A stretch of 64,000 nt of DNA from Mobula hypostoma (Eukaryota): contig NC_086101.1 of NCBI RefSeq assembly GCF_963921235.1, positions 11,906,001-11,970,000 on the forward strand. The letters run 5' to 3'. Shown here piece after piece: positions 41,506 to 53,959 of this stretch; the first letter of the stretch is position 1; each line of letters opens with the position of its first letter. The notes under the pieces were generated by a model. That model saw only the letters and a program-made list of their open reading frames with translations. It searched no databases and had not been told where the DNA came from. Both the position numbers and the translations under genes were made by a program.

Positions 41506-42382
41506 TGTTATGAAACTGGAAAAATGAATATCAATCGAGTCAGGTTATATAAAAACAACCAAACATTTATTAAACACGGATAAACAATAAGAAACAAATG
41601 AAAACCTTGACCAGAATTTAACCGCTATGTGGCTGTTCAACAAATCGTCACTTGGTACTGATTCTTAATGCGATAAATGCGAAAACAGTTCTTAAAGCGG
41701 TAAAGTCAAATACAGTTCTTAAAAGGGTAAATTCGAAAGTCCAACAGGTTTATGCATTCAATTGGGAGAGACTTCTCTGTAGACGGATTTCTTCATAGAC
41801 GCGACTTTCCTGCTGGTTCTGTCCAAAGGATTCACAATGAAGGAAATAAACGGCTTAAAACAACTGACCCCAATTTCTAGAAAGCACCTTGCATGAACTT
41901 CCTTGTTCTTTTGGCAAGAGTTATCTACGATGCAGGTCGCTACTTCTTCAACGAAGACTCAATAACGTCGATCCTTTATTAAACTGCCGAACATTCCCGA
42001 CTTCTCTTAACCCTTCATATCCTGTACTTCGATGAAGTCTTCACTCTCCAATGTTACTGAAAAGATACATTAACAAACCCAGCAGCGATTGTCAAACTGC
42101 TGGCTCAGACTTCTGTATCTTACATTAGAACATAAAACTCTGTTTAAAATCAAAACTGCGTCATACTGCAAATACACAACAGAAATGGAGACACAGGCGA
42201 ATGTTCTAGCTGGAAAACTAAAAAACTAAAACTGCGTCATTAGAGGTCTTCCCTTTTATACCCGTGGTGAACATGTCATCACATGACCGCACATCGGCGG
42301 GAAAACTACATCAGGTGACCTCCAAAAGACCATTACATCATTCTCACAAGAAAGTCACAAGGTCTCCTTGAGGTATTTAACA
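41506..42382 (-). mobile_element. Solo LTR (877 bp)
   Basis: TGTTA...TAACA termini; 4-bp TSD GCTG at 41502-41505 and 42383-42386; minus-strand TATAAAA at 42260-42254 and AATAAA at 41571-41566. Confidence 0.85.
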
Positions 42383-42444
42383 GCTGTAGTGTTCTATAAT
42401 TCTGTGACTGTAAGGACAGCTTCTATCCTGCTGTTTTAAGCTGA

Positions 42445-43110
42445 CATCAGCACTGTTGCAACTCAAGAATGTGTGTTTAGCCCACCGTTCTACTCTCCCT
42501 GCACCCATGATTGTATGGCTAGGCGCAGCTCAGACACCATCTATAAATTTGCCAATGACACAGCCACAATTGGCAGAATTTCAGATGGGTATGAGGAGGT
42601 GTACAGGATTGAGATAGATCAGCTGATTGAGTGAGGTCACAACAACAACTTTGTACTCAAAGTCAATAAGATCGAGGAATTGACTGAGGACTTCAGAAAG
42701 GGGAAGCCGACGGAACATACACCCATCCTCATTGAGGGATCAGCAGTGGAGAAGATGAGCAGTTTCAAGTTCTGAGAGATGTATCTCTGAAGATCTACCC
42801 TGGGCCCAGGATAACAGCAGCTATATTTCGTTAGGAGTGTGAGGAGACTTGATATGTCACCAAACACACTTGCAAAGTTTTACAGTTGTACTGTGGAAAG
42901 CATTCTAACTGGTTGCATCACCATCTGGTATGGGTCATGGTGGGGGCACTGTACAGGATTGGAGGAACCTGCAGAAACTTTTAAACTTGGCCAGCTGCAC
43001 TGTGGACACTAGCCTTCCCAACGTCGGGACATCTTCAAAGGGCGATGCCTCAAAAAGTGACATCCATCATTAAAGACTCCTGTCACCCAGGACATGCCCT
43101 CTGCCCTCTT
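42445..43110 (+). mobile_element. Rex1/Babar RT fragment (decayed)
   Basis: CVFSP, THDCMARRSSDTIYKFANDT and FYSCTVESILTGCITIWYG motifs. Confidence 0.8.
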
Positions 43111-44059
43111 CAACTACGACAAGATGGACCCCTGGCCTTATTGTCTGCCTACACTCTACTTTCTCTATAACGGTAACACTTTTTCTGCATTCTGTTGTGG
43201 TTTCCCCCTGTACGACCTCAATGTACTGTTGTAATGAAGTTATCTGTAAGGATGGTTGTTTACTGTCAATTTAATTTTTAGCTTAATAATCCAATTTAAC
43301 CAAATCAAGAAGTCTTCACCTTATGTTTATTTATTTTGTTTCTTTGTCTCTTATTTCTATTTGCACAATTTTAGTTTTTTTGCACATTGGTTGTTTGCTC
43401 TTCTTGTGTGTGGCTTTTCACTGATCCTGTTGTGTCTCATTGTATTTACTGTGAATGTGCTTGTTGTGTGTGGCTTTTCACTGATCTTTTGTTGTGTCCC
43501 ATTGTATTTACTGTGCATGCCCGCTAAACGCCTTCTTCACCACTTTATCAACATGTGACACTGAAACGTGTACCTGTACCTCCCGGTCTTTCTGTTCTAC
43601 AACACTGTCCATTGTGCTATCATTTACTGTGTAAGCCCTGTCCTGGTTTAACTCATCAAAGTGTAACACCTAGCACCTATCCAGGTTTAATTCTGTCTGT
43701 CATTCCTTGGCCCACATCAGCAGTTGATCTTGATTCTATTGCAATCTTAGAAAACCCTTTTCATTGTCCACTTTATCACCAATTTTACTGTCACTTACAA
43801 ACTTGTAGACCATTTGACAACATTTTCGGCCAGATTATTAACATAAATGACAAACAACAATGTTCTCAGCACCTGCAGTATGTATTTCTTCCTCTGATTA
43901 CTCAAAACTATTGTGGGCCCTATAATACATACCCAGCTAACTGATAATCCCCTTCTTATCTCTAATAATGAGGGAACGTATCACTTCCATCCAAACTACT
44001 CTGCATTAGCTTCCTGTATCTTTTAGAATTGACCTTAAAATTCTCTTACTTGTTTTTAA

Positions 44060-44187
44060 GAGGGACAGAAAGACAGAGACAGAAAGTGAGAGAGATAGGA
44101 AGAAAGACAGAGAGAGGGAGAGAGAGGGGGAGGGGGGAGAGGGGGAGAGAGAGAAAGACAGGGAGAGAGGGAGAGGGAGAGAGAGAA
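44060..44187. repeat. GA-rich microsatellite / polypurine tract
   Basis: Direct reading. Confidence 0.9.
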
Positions 44188-44756
44188 TGAATAGTGGACA
44201 ATGAGGGATCTGGATCAGCTGGAAAAATAATCTAAAAAATGACAGATGTAATATAAAGCAGACAAATGTGAGGTGTTGCACTTTGGTAGGACCAACCAGG
44301 TAGGATTTACACAGTGAAAGGTAGGGCACTGAGGAGTGTGGTAGAAGTAGAACAAACAGCTCTGTGAATACAGGTCCATAATTCATTTAATGTAATGTGA
44401 CAGGTAGATAGGGTCATAAAGAATGCTTTTGGCACATTGGTCTTCATAAATCAAAGTATTGAGCACTGGATGTTATGTTGAAGTTGTAGAAGACATTGGT
44501 GAGGCCTAATTTGGAGTATTGTGTGCAGTTTTGGTCACCTACCTGTAGGAAAGATCAGAATCAGAATCCGGTTTTTTATCACCGGCATGTGACGTGAAAT
44601 TTGTTAACTTAGCAGCAGCAGTTCAGTGCAATCATAATCTAGCAGAAGAAAAATAATAATCATAAATAAATAAATTTCAGTATATGTATATTGAATGGAT
44701 TAAAAACCATACAAAAAGCAAAAATAATATATATTTGAAAGGTGAGGTAGTGTTCA

Positions 44757-44990
44757 GGGAAACAACAGGAATTCTGCAGATGCTGGAAATTCAAGCAACA
44801 CACATCAAAGTTTCTGGTGAACGCAGCAGGCCAGGCAGCATCTGTAGGAAGAGGTGCAGTTGACGTTTCAGGCCGAGACCCTTCGTCAGTACCCTTCGTT
44901 AGTCCTGACGAAGGGTCTCGACCTGAAACGTCGACTGCATCTCTTCCTACAGATGCTGCCTGGCCTGCTGCGTTCACCAGCAACTTTGAT
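44757..44990. mobile_element. Penelope-derived palindromic insertion with two divergent hammerhead cores and 10-bp TSD
   Basis: GTAGTGTTCA at 44747-44756 and 44991-45000; arms 44803-44889 and 44905-44991. Confidence 0.9.
44900..44937 (+). ncRNA. Minimal type I hammerhead ribozyme motif
   Basis: UAGUC-CUGACGA-A-GGGU(CUCG)ACCU-GAAA-CGUC/GACUG: intact core boxes, stems I and II, palindromic ACGU in place of stem III. Confidence 0.7.
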
Positions 44991-45468
44991 GTAGTGTTCA
45001 TGGGTTCAATGTCCATTTAGGAATCAGATGGCAGAGGGGAAGAAGTTTTCCTGAATTGCTGTGTGTGCCTTCAGGCTTCTGTACCTCCTACCTGATGGTA
45101 ACAGTGAGAAAAGGGCATGCCCTGGGTGCTGGAGGTCCTTAATAATGGACGCTGCCTTTCTGAGATACCGCTCCCTAAAGATATCCTGGGTACTTTGTAG
45201 GCAAGTACCCAAGATGGAGCCAACTGAATTTACAAGTCTCTGCAGCTTCTCCCAGTCCTATGCAGTAACCACTCCACCCCCCCCCCCCATACTAGACAAT
45301 GATGCAGCCTGTCAGAATGCTCTCCAAGGTCCATCTATAGAAGTTTTTGAGTGTATTTGTTGACATACCAAGTCTCTTCAAACTCCTAATGAAGTATAGA
45401 CACTGTCTTGCCTTCTTTATAACTGTAAATAAGGTTGAAAGAGTACAGAGAAAATTACAAGCATGTTG

Positions 45469-46763
45469 AAATGCTTTTTAAAAAAGGAGAGAGAGAGAAC
45501 CTGGGGAATTATAGACCGGTTAGCCTAACATCGGTGGTGGGGAAAATGCTAGAGTCAGTTATCAAAGATGTGATAACAGCACATTTGGAAAGTGGTGAAA
45601 TCATCGGACAAAGTCAGCATGGATTTGTGAAAGGAAAATCATATCTGACGAATCTCATAGAATTTTTTGAGGATGTAACTAGTAGAGTGGATAGGAGAGA
45701 ACCAGTGGATGTGGTATATTTGGATTTTCAAAAGGCTTTTGACAAGGTCCCACACAGGAGATTAGTGTGCAAACTTAAAGCACATGGTATTGGAGGTATG
45801 GTATTGATGTGGATAGAGAATTGGTTGGCAGACAGGAAGCAAAGAGTGGGAATAAACGGGACCTTTTCAGAATAGCAGGCAGTGACTAGTGGGGTACCGC
45901 AAGGCTCAGTGCTGGGACCCCAGTTGTTTACAATATATATTAATTACTTAGATGAGGGAATTAAATGCAGCATCTCCAAGTTTGCGGATGACACGAAGCT
46001 GGGCGGCAGTGTTAGCTGCGAGGAGGATGCTAAGAGGATGCAGGGTGACTTGGATAGGTTGGGTGAGTAGGCAAATTCATGGCAGATGCAATTTAATGTG
46101 GATAAATGTAAGGTTATCCACTTTGGTGGTAAGAACAGGAAAATAGGTTATTATCTGAATGGTGGCCGATTAGGAAAAGGGGAGGTGCAACAAGACCTGG
46201 GTGTCATTGTACACCAGTCATTGAAAGTGGGCATGCAGGTACAGCAGGCGGTGAAAAAGGCGAATGGTATGCTGGCATTCATAACAAGAGGATTCGAGTA
46301 CAGGAGCAGGGAGGTACTACTGCAGTTGTACAAGGCCTTGGTGAGGCCACACCTGGAGTATTGTGTGCAGTTTTGGTCCCCTAATCTGAGGAGAGACATT
46401 CTTCCCATAGAGGGAGTACAAAGAAGGTTCACCAGATTGATTCCTGAGATGGCAGGACTTTCATATGATGAAAGATTGGATCGACTAGGTTTATACTCTC
46501 TGGAACTTAGAAGATTGAGGGGGGATCTTATTGAAACGTATAAAATTCCAAATGGATTGGATAGGCTAGATGTAGGAAGATTGTTCCCAATGTTGGGGAA
46601 GTTCAGAACGAGGGGACACAGTTTGAGGATAAAGGGGAAGTCTTTTAGGACCGAGATACAGAAAAACTTCTTCACACAGAGAATGGTGAATCTGTGGAAA
46701 TCTTTGCCACAGGAAACAGTTGAGGCCTACTCCTGTACCTATTTTCTATGTTTCTATGTTTCT
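45469..46763 (+). mobile_element. Young CR1 (same subfamily as 28498-30666) inserted in an older CR1
   Basis: Near-identical RT translation; (TTTCTATG)n tail; ATGTTG at 45463-45468 and 46764-46769. Confidence 0.93.
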
Positions 46764-47649
46764 ATGTTGTCAAGTCTGGAGGAGCTGAGTTATAAGGAGA
46801 AATTGAATAGGTTAGGACTTTATTCCTTGGAACATCAAAGATTGAGAGATTTGATAGAGGTATACAAAATTCTGAGGGGTATAGACAGGGTTAACGCAAG
46901 CAAGCGTTTTCCACTGAGGTTGGCTGGGACTACAACCAGAGGTCATGGATTAAGGGTGAAAGGTGAAAAATTTAAGGGAAGATGAGGGGAAACTTCTTCA
47001 ATCAGAGGGTTGTGAGAGTGTGGAATGAGCGGCCAATGCAGTGGTGAGTGCAAGCTCAATTTCAATGTTTAAGCAAAGTTGGGATAGGTACATAGATGGT
47101 AGGGGTATGGAGGGCTCTGGTCCCAGTGCAGGTCAATGCTTTCAGCATGGACTAGATGGGCCAAAGGGCCTGATTCTGCATTGCATTTTTCTATGACTCT
47201 ACATTTTGAGTACTGTTTATATTATAGATCATACCTGAATTGAAATTATTACACAGGTGTGACAAATACCACTGATTACGGAGTCCAATCATCGGCGAAT
47301 CTGAAGTTCGAGGCCTGGGGATGGGGATTGGTGAATCCTGGTGTCGATACCGAAAATCGATTGGAAGTCCAGAGATGGAGGCCCTGGGTCTGTGAATTCA
47401 TTGCAAATTCAATGGGGGCTGAAGGCCTTCGTTTGGCGGACTGTCCGTGTGTGTGGGTGGGACGGTGGGTGGATTTGAAGAAGGAAGGGGGCTTGCTTTG
47501 CTGTCGTTGTTCTTCCGCTGAACATTAAGGGAATGCAGACAGGCTTTCACAAACTTTTGCACAGTACTGTATGTATGCCTACGCCAGCAATAAACTTGAA
47601 CTTGAAGCCATTTCTCAATAATTAGAATACTGATCATCGAAAAGTTCAG

Positions 47650-48170
47650 CACATTGTAGACCCTTCGACTAATAATGTTGTATTGACCAATATAAATCTA
47701 CACCACAATCAGTCTAACCCAACTGTTCCCTCTTACACAGTCCTTAGCCTTCCATTTTTCTTACATCCACATGCCTATTGGAAAGTCTTTTAAATGATGT
47801 TATTATAACAACCTCCACCATCTCCCCTGGCAGTACATTCCGTACACTCAGCACTCTCTCTGTAAAATACCTACCTCTGACATCGCCTGTAAACTTTCCT
47901 CCACTCAGCTTAAAAGGATGTCCTCTGGTTTTAGCCATTGATGATCTGGAGAAGGGGTATTGGCTGTCCATTCAGTCTATGTCTCTTATCATCTTGTACC
48001 CCTCTATCAAATCACCACATTCTTCGTCACTCTGAAGAGAAAATCCCCAACATGCTCATTCTTTCCTCGTAAGACATGCTCTCTAATCCAGACAGCATCC
48101 TGGCAAATCTCCTCTGGCCCTTCTCTAAAGCTTCCACTCCTATAATGAGGGAACAAAAATTGAATGCGGA
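47650..48170 (-). mobile_element. Old CR1 3' fragment
   Basis: KTRGHPFKL.GGKF.GDVRG.YFTERV. Confidence 0.75.
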
Positions 48171-48739
48171 GTTATTAATTGGACCTATGGAGGTGGGAGG
48201 AAGTGAGGAGTTTGGTTTCAGGTTGGTGGTGATCCCATTGAATGGAGGAAGAGTCTTTCTTAGCGGGGTGGGGGGCTCAGTATCCTGTTCTTATGCCCTA
48301 CCTCCCAGTCAGCAGAGACTGCTCACGCACTTCGTTTTCATCCAGATGACAGACTGGAAACACTAAATTGGTGGAGTATTGAACTTGTTCCTACCTACAT
48401 TAAGATCGCTGAGAAGATCAGAATAATCCTTTGATCCATAAGATATTTCAGTTTTTGCTGCTGGTCCTCCATTCCCAGCCGGGAATCCTGGGGGCCTAGA
48501 GCTGGACTTCAGATCTGTTGAGTGACCAACAATAGCGGAGCCTTAGTCAGCGTTTCCTCGTTTACATAAAAGAAGCACGAGTAACATCCAAAGGCAGAGT
48601 AATTGGTGGGAACTTGGCATTGATTCACAATATACACAATCCACTAGTCTCACCAGATCCATGCCAGTGCCTATTTCGCACAAAAACCACCGCGAATTTT
48701 ACCCCATCTCAGTTTACCAGCATCACTTTCTACCACATT

Positions 48740-49230
48740 AGACCAGAAGACATAGGAGCAGAATTAGGCCATTCAGCCCATTAAGTTTGCTCAGTCATTT
48801 AATCATAGCTAATTTATTTTTCCTCCCATCCCATTTTCCTGCCTTCTCCTCATAACCTTTGACACCTGTATTAATCAAGAACCTATCAACCTCTACTTTA
48901 AGTATACCAAATGATCTGGTCTGTATTGCCATTTGTGACAATGAATTCCACAGATTCATCATCATCAGGCTAAAGAAATTCCCCCTCAACTCTGTGTTTT
49001 TTTAAATTACTTATTGAAACAGAAAGCAGAGGAGGCCCTTCCCGCCGTTTGAGCCATGTCACCCAAAAATCCACAAATTAACCCTCGCCTAACCATGGGA
49101 CAATTTACAATCACCAAATATTACATCTTTGGACTGTGGGAGGAAACTGGAGCACCCGGAGGAAACCCACACGGTCATGGCTAGAACATACAAACTCCTT
49201 ACAGCCATTGGTAAGAATTAAAACCAGGTC
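48740..49230 (-). mobile_element. CR1 tail (48740-48995) followed by V-SINE (49010-49230)
   Basis: RGNFFSL..NLW; TGTGGGAGGAAACTGGAGCACCCGGAGGAAACCCAC is the V-domain reverse complement. Confidence 0.75.
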
Positions 49231-51880
49231 ACTGGTATTGTAAAGCCAATACACCATATGCCTTCTTAACAACACTGTCAACCTGCACAGCAGCTTTGAG
49301 CGTCCTACGGACATGGGTCCCAAGACCTTGCTGATATGCCACACTGCCAAAAGTCTTACCATTAATGTTATATTCTGTCTTCAAATTTGACCTACTGAAA
49401 TAAACCTTTTCACACTTCTCAGCCCAGTTCTGCATCCTTTCGATGTCCCGCTGTAACCTCTGACAACCTTCCAAACTATCCACAGCACCCTCTACCTTTG
49501 TACCATCAGCAAACTTACTAACCCACCCTTCTACTTCCTCATCCAGGTCATTTATAAAAATGACAAAGAGGAGGGGTCCCAGAACAGATCCCTGCAGAAC
49601 ACCACTGGTCACCGACCTCCAGGCAGAATATGATCCATCTACAACCACCCTTTGCCTTATGTAGTCAAGCCAATTCTGGATCCACAAAGCAAGATCTCCT
49701 TGGATCCCATGCCACATTATTTTCTGAACGAGCCTCGCATGGGGAACCTTATCAAATGCCTTACTGATATCCATATACACTACATCCACTGCTCTACCCT
49801 CATCAATGTTTTGTCACATCCTAAAGAGTTCAGTCAGGTTCATAATGCATGACCTGCCCTTAATAAAGCCATGCTTACTATCCCTAATCAGATTATGTCT
49901 CTCCAAATACTCATAAATCCTGCCTCTCAGGAACTTCTCCAACAACTTACCTACCACTGAAGTAAGACTCACTGGTTTATAATTTCCTGAGTTATCTCTA
50001 CTCCCTTTCTTGAACAAGGGAACAACATTTGCAACCTTACAATCCTCTGGTACTTCTCCAGTCCCTATTGATGATAAAAATATTATCGCCAGAGGCCCTG
50101 CCATCTCCTCCCCAATTCCCACAGTAGCCTGGGGTATATCTCATTTGGTGCCGGCAACTTATCTAACTTGATACCTTTCAAAAGCTCCAGCAATCCTCTT
50201 TCTTAATGTCTATACACTCAAGCGTTTCAGTCCACTGTAAGCCATCACCGATTACCAAGGTCTTTTTCTCTGGTGAATACTGAAGCAAAGTATTCATTAA
50301 GTACCTCCGCTACCTCCTCTGGCTCCATGCACATGTTTCCACTCTCACTCCTGATTGGTCCTATTCTCACACGGCTCATCCTCTTGCTCTTCACATGTAG
50401 AATGCCTTGGGGTTTTCCTTAATCCTGCTTGCCAAGGCCTTCTCATGGCCCCTTCTAGCTCTCCTAATTTCATTCTTGAGCTCCTTCCTGGCACCCTTGT
50501 ACTGTAATTTTCTAGAGCTCCAGCAGTACCTAGTTTCTTGAACCTTTCATAAGCTTTTCCTTTCATCTTAACTAGATTTTCTACATATGTGTCCACCATG
50601 GTTCTTTTACTCTACCATTGTTTCCCTGCCTGAATGGAACATACCTATGCAGAACTCCACGCAAATGTTCCCTGAACATATGCCACATTTCTGCCGTTCA
50701 TTTCCCTGAGAACATCTGCTCCCAATTTCCTGCCTAGTAGCATTATATTTCCCCCTACCCAAATTAAATGTTTTCTCAAATTGTCTGCTCCTTTCCCTCT
50801 CTAGCACTATGGTAAAGGAGATAAGAGTTACGATCACTACCTCAAAAATGCTCCCTCACTGAGAGATCTAACACCTGACCAGTTTCATTTCCCAATACCA
50901 AATCAAGTACAGCCTCTCCTCTAGTTGGTTTATCTACATATTGCGCCAGGAAACCTTCCTGAACACACTTAACAAACTCCACCCCATCTAAACCCGTTCC
51001 TCTAATGAGATGCCAGTCAATATCAGTAAAGCTAAAATCACCCATCACAACAACCTGATGATTATTGCACCATTCCAGAATCTGCCTCCCCATCTGCTCC
51101 TCGATGTCTCTGTTACTATTGGGTGGTCTATAAAAAATACACAGCAGAGTTATTGCCCCTTTCCTGTTTCTGACTTCCACCCACAATGACTCAGTAGACA
51201 ATTCCTCCATGACTTCCTCCTTTTCTGCAGCCGTGATCTATCCCTGATTAGCAGTGCTACTCCCCCACCTCTTTTGCCTCCCTTCCTGTCCATTTCGAAA
51301 CATCTGAAGCTGGGCACACTCAGCAGACATTCCTGCCCCTGAGTCACCCAAGTCTCTGTAATGACCACAATAGTTCCACGTATTGGTCCATGCTCTAAGA
51401 TCATCTGCCTTCCTTATGATAGTCTTTGCATTAAAATAGGCACACCTCAAACCATCTGGTGGAGTGCTTTTTTGCTCTATCATCTGTCTATCCTTCCTCA
51501 TAAACTCCCTACAAGCCGTCACTACTTGTGCACCAACCTCTGGCTGTTCACTTTGGTTCCCACCGCCCTGCAAATCTAGTTTAAACCCTCCCCAATACCA
51601 TTAGCAAACCACCCTCCCAGGATATTGGTTCCCCTCCCGTTCAGGTGTAACCTGTCTCACTTGTACAGGTCACCCCTTTCCCAGAAAAGGTTCCAATGAT
51701 TGAAGAACCTGAAACTCTGCCCCCTGCACCATCTCCTCAGCCACTCGGTCATCTGTGCTATCTTTCTGTTCTGACCTTCACTAGCTCGTGGCTCTGGGAG
51801 TAATCTGGAGATGACCACCTTGAAGGTCCGGCCCTTCAGCCCCCTTCCTAACTCCCTCAACTTATCGCGTAGGACGTCTA
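49231..51880 (-). mobile_element. Long CR1 fragment: ORF1 esterase-like C-terminus, APE endonuclease and RT
   Basis: VVISRLLPEPRA...WLRRWCRGQSFRF...DLYK*DRLHLN (ORF1); ITETW, FYRPPNS, MGDF, LDLVL (APE); YMDISKAFDKVPH, KFADGTK (RT). Confidence 0.9.
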
Positions 51881-52009
51881 CCCTTTTCTGCCTCGGCCTT
51901 TTCCTGGGTACTTCTGTAACAATACGTGGGACCACGTAGATGTGGCTGTGGTTGACGCATGTTTTTGATCATTCATTTTTTCAGGATGCAGGTGTGACCC
52001 ACAAGGCTA

Positions 52010-52470
52010 GAATTTAACTGGTTGCATCACCATCTGGTATGGAGGGGGCTCTGCACAGGAGAGGGAAAAACTGCGGGAAGTTGCAAACACAGCCAGCTCC
52101 ACCATGGGCACCAGCCTCCCCAGTACTGAGGACATCCTCAAAAGTTGATGCCCAAGGTGGTATCAATCATTGAGGACCCCCATCACCCAGGACGAACACT
52201 CTTCTCATTGCTACCATCAAGGAGGAGGTACAGGAGCCTGAAGACACACTCAAAGTTTCAGGAACAGCGTCTAAATTTCTGAATGGACAATTAACCCATA
52301 ACCTCACTATTTTTCTTTTATCTTGCTCTCTTTTTGCACTATTCTTATTTAATTTAATTATATATATTTCATTCCAGTTTGTCATTTTTTAATGTATTAA
52401 AATGTACTGTTGTTGTATAACAACAAGTTTCATGACATATGCCAGTGATATTAAATCTGATTCTGACTAA
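52010..52470 (+). mobile_element. Rex1/Babar 3' fragment
   Basis: LTGCITIWYGG motif and family tail ending GATATTAAATCTGATTCTGA. Confidence 0.75.
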
Positions 52471-53109
52471 TTATCGCTTTTGAGTAGACCACGACGTGCC
52501 ACATTCTTCAACCTCTGAAGCCCTTCAGAAGGTCCTGCTGTAATGCCGAGGGGCAGAAAGATGCAGAATTTAGACCCTGGAATGATGAGGAAACGAAGGT
52601 TTAATTCCATAGTGAGTTGGTGTGCACCATGTAGAGGAACCCCACAGGCGGTGATGTCCTCTTGGCTACCTTTCTGTAAAATGGGAGGTGTTATCAAAAT
52701 ACAAAGCAAATTCATTATCAATGTACGTACATATCACCATATACTAATTTGAGATTCATTTTCGTGCGGACACTTGAAAGAAAATAAAGAAATACAGTAG
52801 AATTTATTTCTATACCAAACAAGGACTGACAAACATCCGATGTGTCAGAGGACAATTTGTGCAATCATAAATTAATAAAAATTAACGCTGTTATAGAGTC
52901 CTTGAAAGTGAGTGAAGTTATCTACACTGGTTAGATGCTTGCTGATTTCCTCCAGCATTTTGAATTTCCAGCATCTGTAGATTTTCTCTTGTTTGTGACT
53001 GGGTTACGAGTCTTTTGGTTGAAGGGTAATAACTGTTCCGGAAACTGGTGGTGTGGAACCTAAGGGAGCAGTGAGAAGAGAACGTGGCCTGGATGGGGTC
53101 TTTGCTCAT

Positions 53110-53520
53110 TGATTGGACTTTATTCCTTGGAATATAAAAGGTTGAGGGGATAATTGATAGTGGTATACAAAATTATTATGTATGGATAGTGTAAATGCAA
53201 GCAGACTTTTTCCACCAAGGTTGGGTGGGACGACAACCAGAGGTCATGGGTTAAGGGTGCAAGGTGAAAATTTTAAGGGGAACATGAGATGGAAACTTCT
53301 TCAATCAGAGAGAGTGTGGAACAAACTGCCAGCACAAGTGGTGCACGCAAGCTCGATTTCAACGTCTAAGAGAAGTTTGGATAGGTACACATGGATAGTA
53401 AGGGTATGGAGGGCTATGGTCCCAGTACAGGTCGATGGGAGTAGGTTGTTTAAATGGTTCCGCATGGACTAGATGGGCTGAAGGGCCTGTTTCTGTGCTG
53501 TACTCTTCTATGATTCTATG
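53110..53520 (+). mobile_element. CR1 3' fragment inside a minus-strand Rex1/Babar relic (52690-53720)
   Basis: TTRGHGLRV.GE.FKGNMR; tail GAAGGGCCTGTTTCTGTGCTGTA. Confidence 0.8.
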
Positions 53521-53959
53521 CTGCTTTCTTGTGACAGCATTCCTTGTAGAGTTGCTCAATGGCAGCGAGGGCGCTACCTCCGATGGTCTGGGTCGTTTTC
53601 CTTAAACTTTCTGTAAACTTTTTCATTCCTGAGCATTGACGATTCCATACCGGGCCTTGGTGTTATATGTCACCATACCCCACTGTGCAGCTATGGAAGT
53701 TTTAGGAAAAATTAACTGCAGTGCGTTTTGTAGATGGCACACGCTACCGCCTCTGTGGGTGGGGCAGGAGGGAGGTGGGCTAGCAAGAGAGCCGCTTTGC
53801 TGTCAACTTGGTGAGTTTGATAGGCGCCACACTCATCCAGGCAAATGGGAAGCGTACCAGCACACTGTTCGGGTTTGGGGTGGTAGGTGAGTCATTTGCT
53901 CTGGGTTACCCGACCTCTCGGCTGCTCTACGCATAGGGAGGATCAATTTGAGTTATTTA

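Larger units (their letters stand above)
44556..45423 (-). mobile_element. Rex1/Babar 3' fragment
   Basis: Close inverted match to 60650-61240; (ATTCTG)n tail. Confidence 0.85.
44188..47200 (+). mobile_element. CR1 3' fragment hosting nested insertions
   Basis: Host segments 44188-44555, ~45424-45468 and 46764-47200 join into one CR1 3' region. Confidence 0.8.

Noticed and set aside
41662..41741. CRISPR-like array or prokaryotic RT system
   Set aside because: Eukaryotic context; tandem units have no spacers, no cas genes are present, and all RTs are non-LTR retrotransposon type
43400..43520. ~55-bp tandem duplication
   Set aside because: Local duplication within a decayed retroposon tail; no sign of function
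44660..45020. Mirror-image ORFs on both strands
   Set aside because: Artefact of the palindrome
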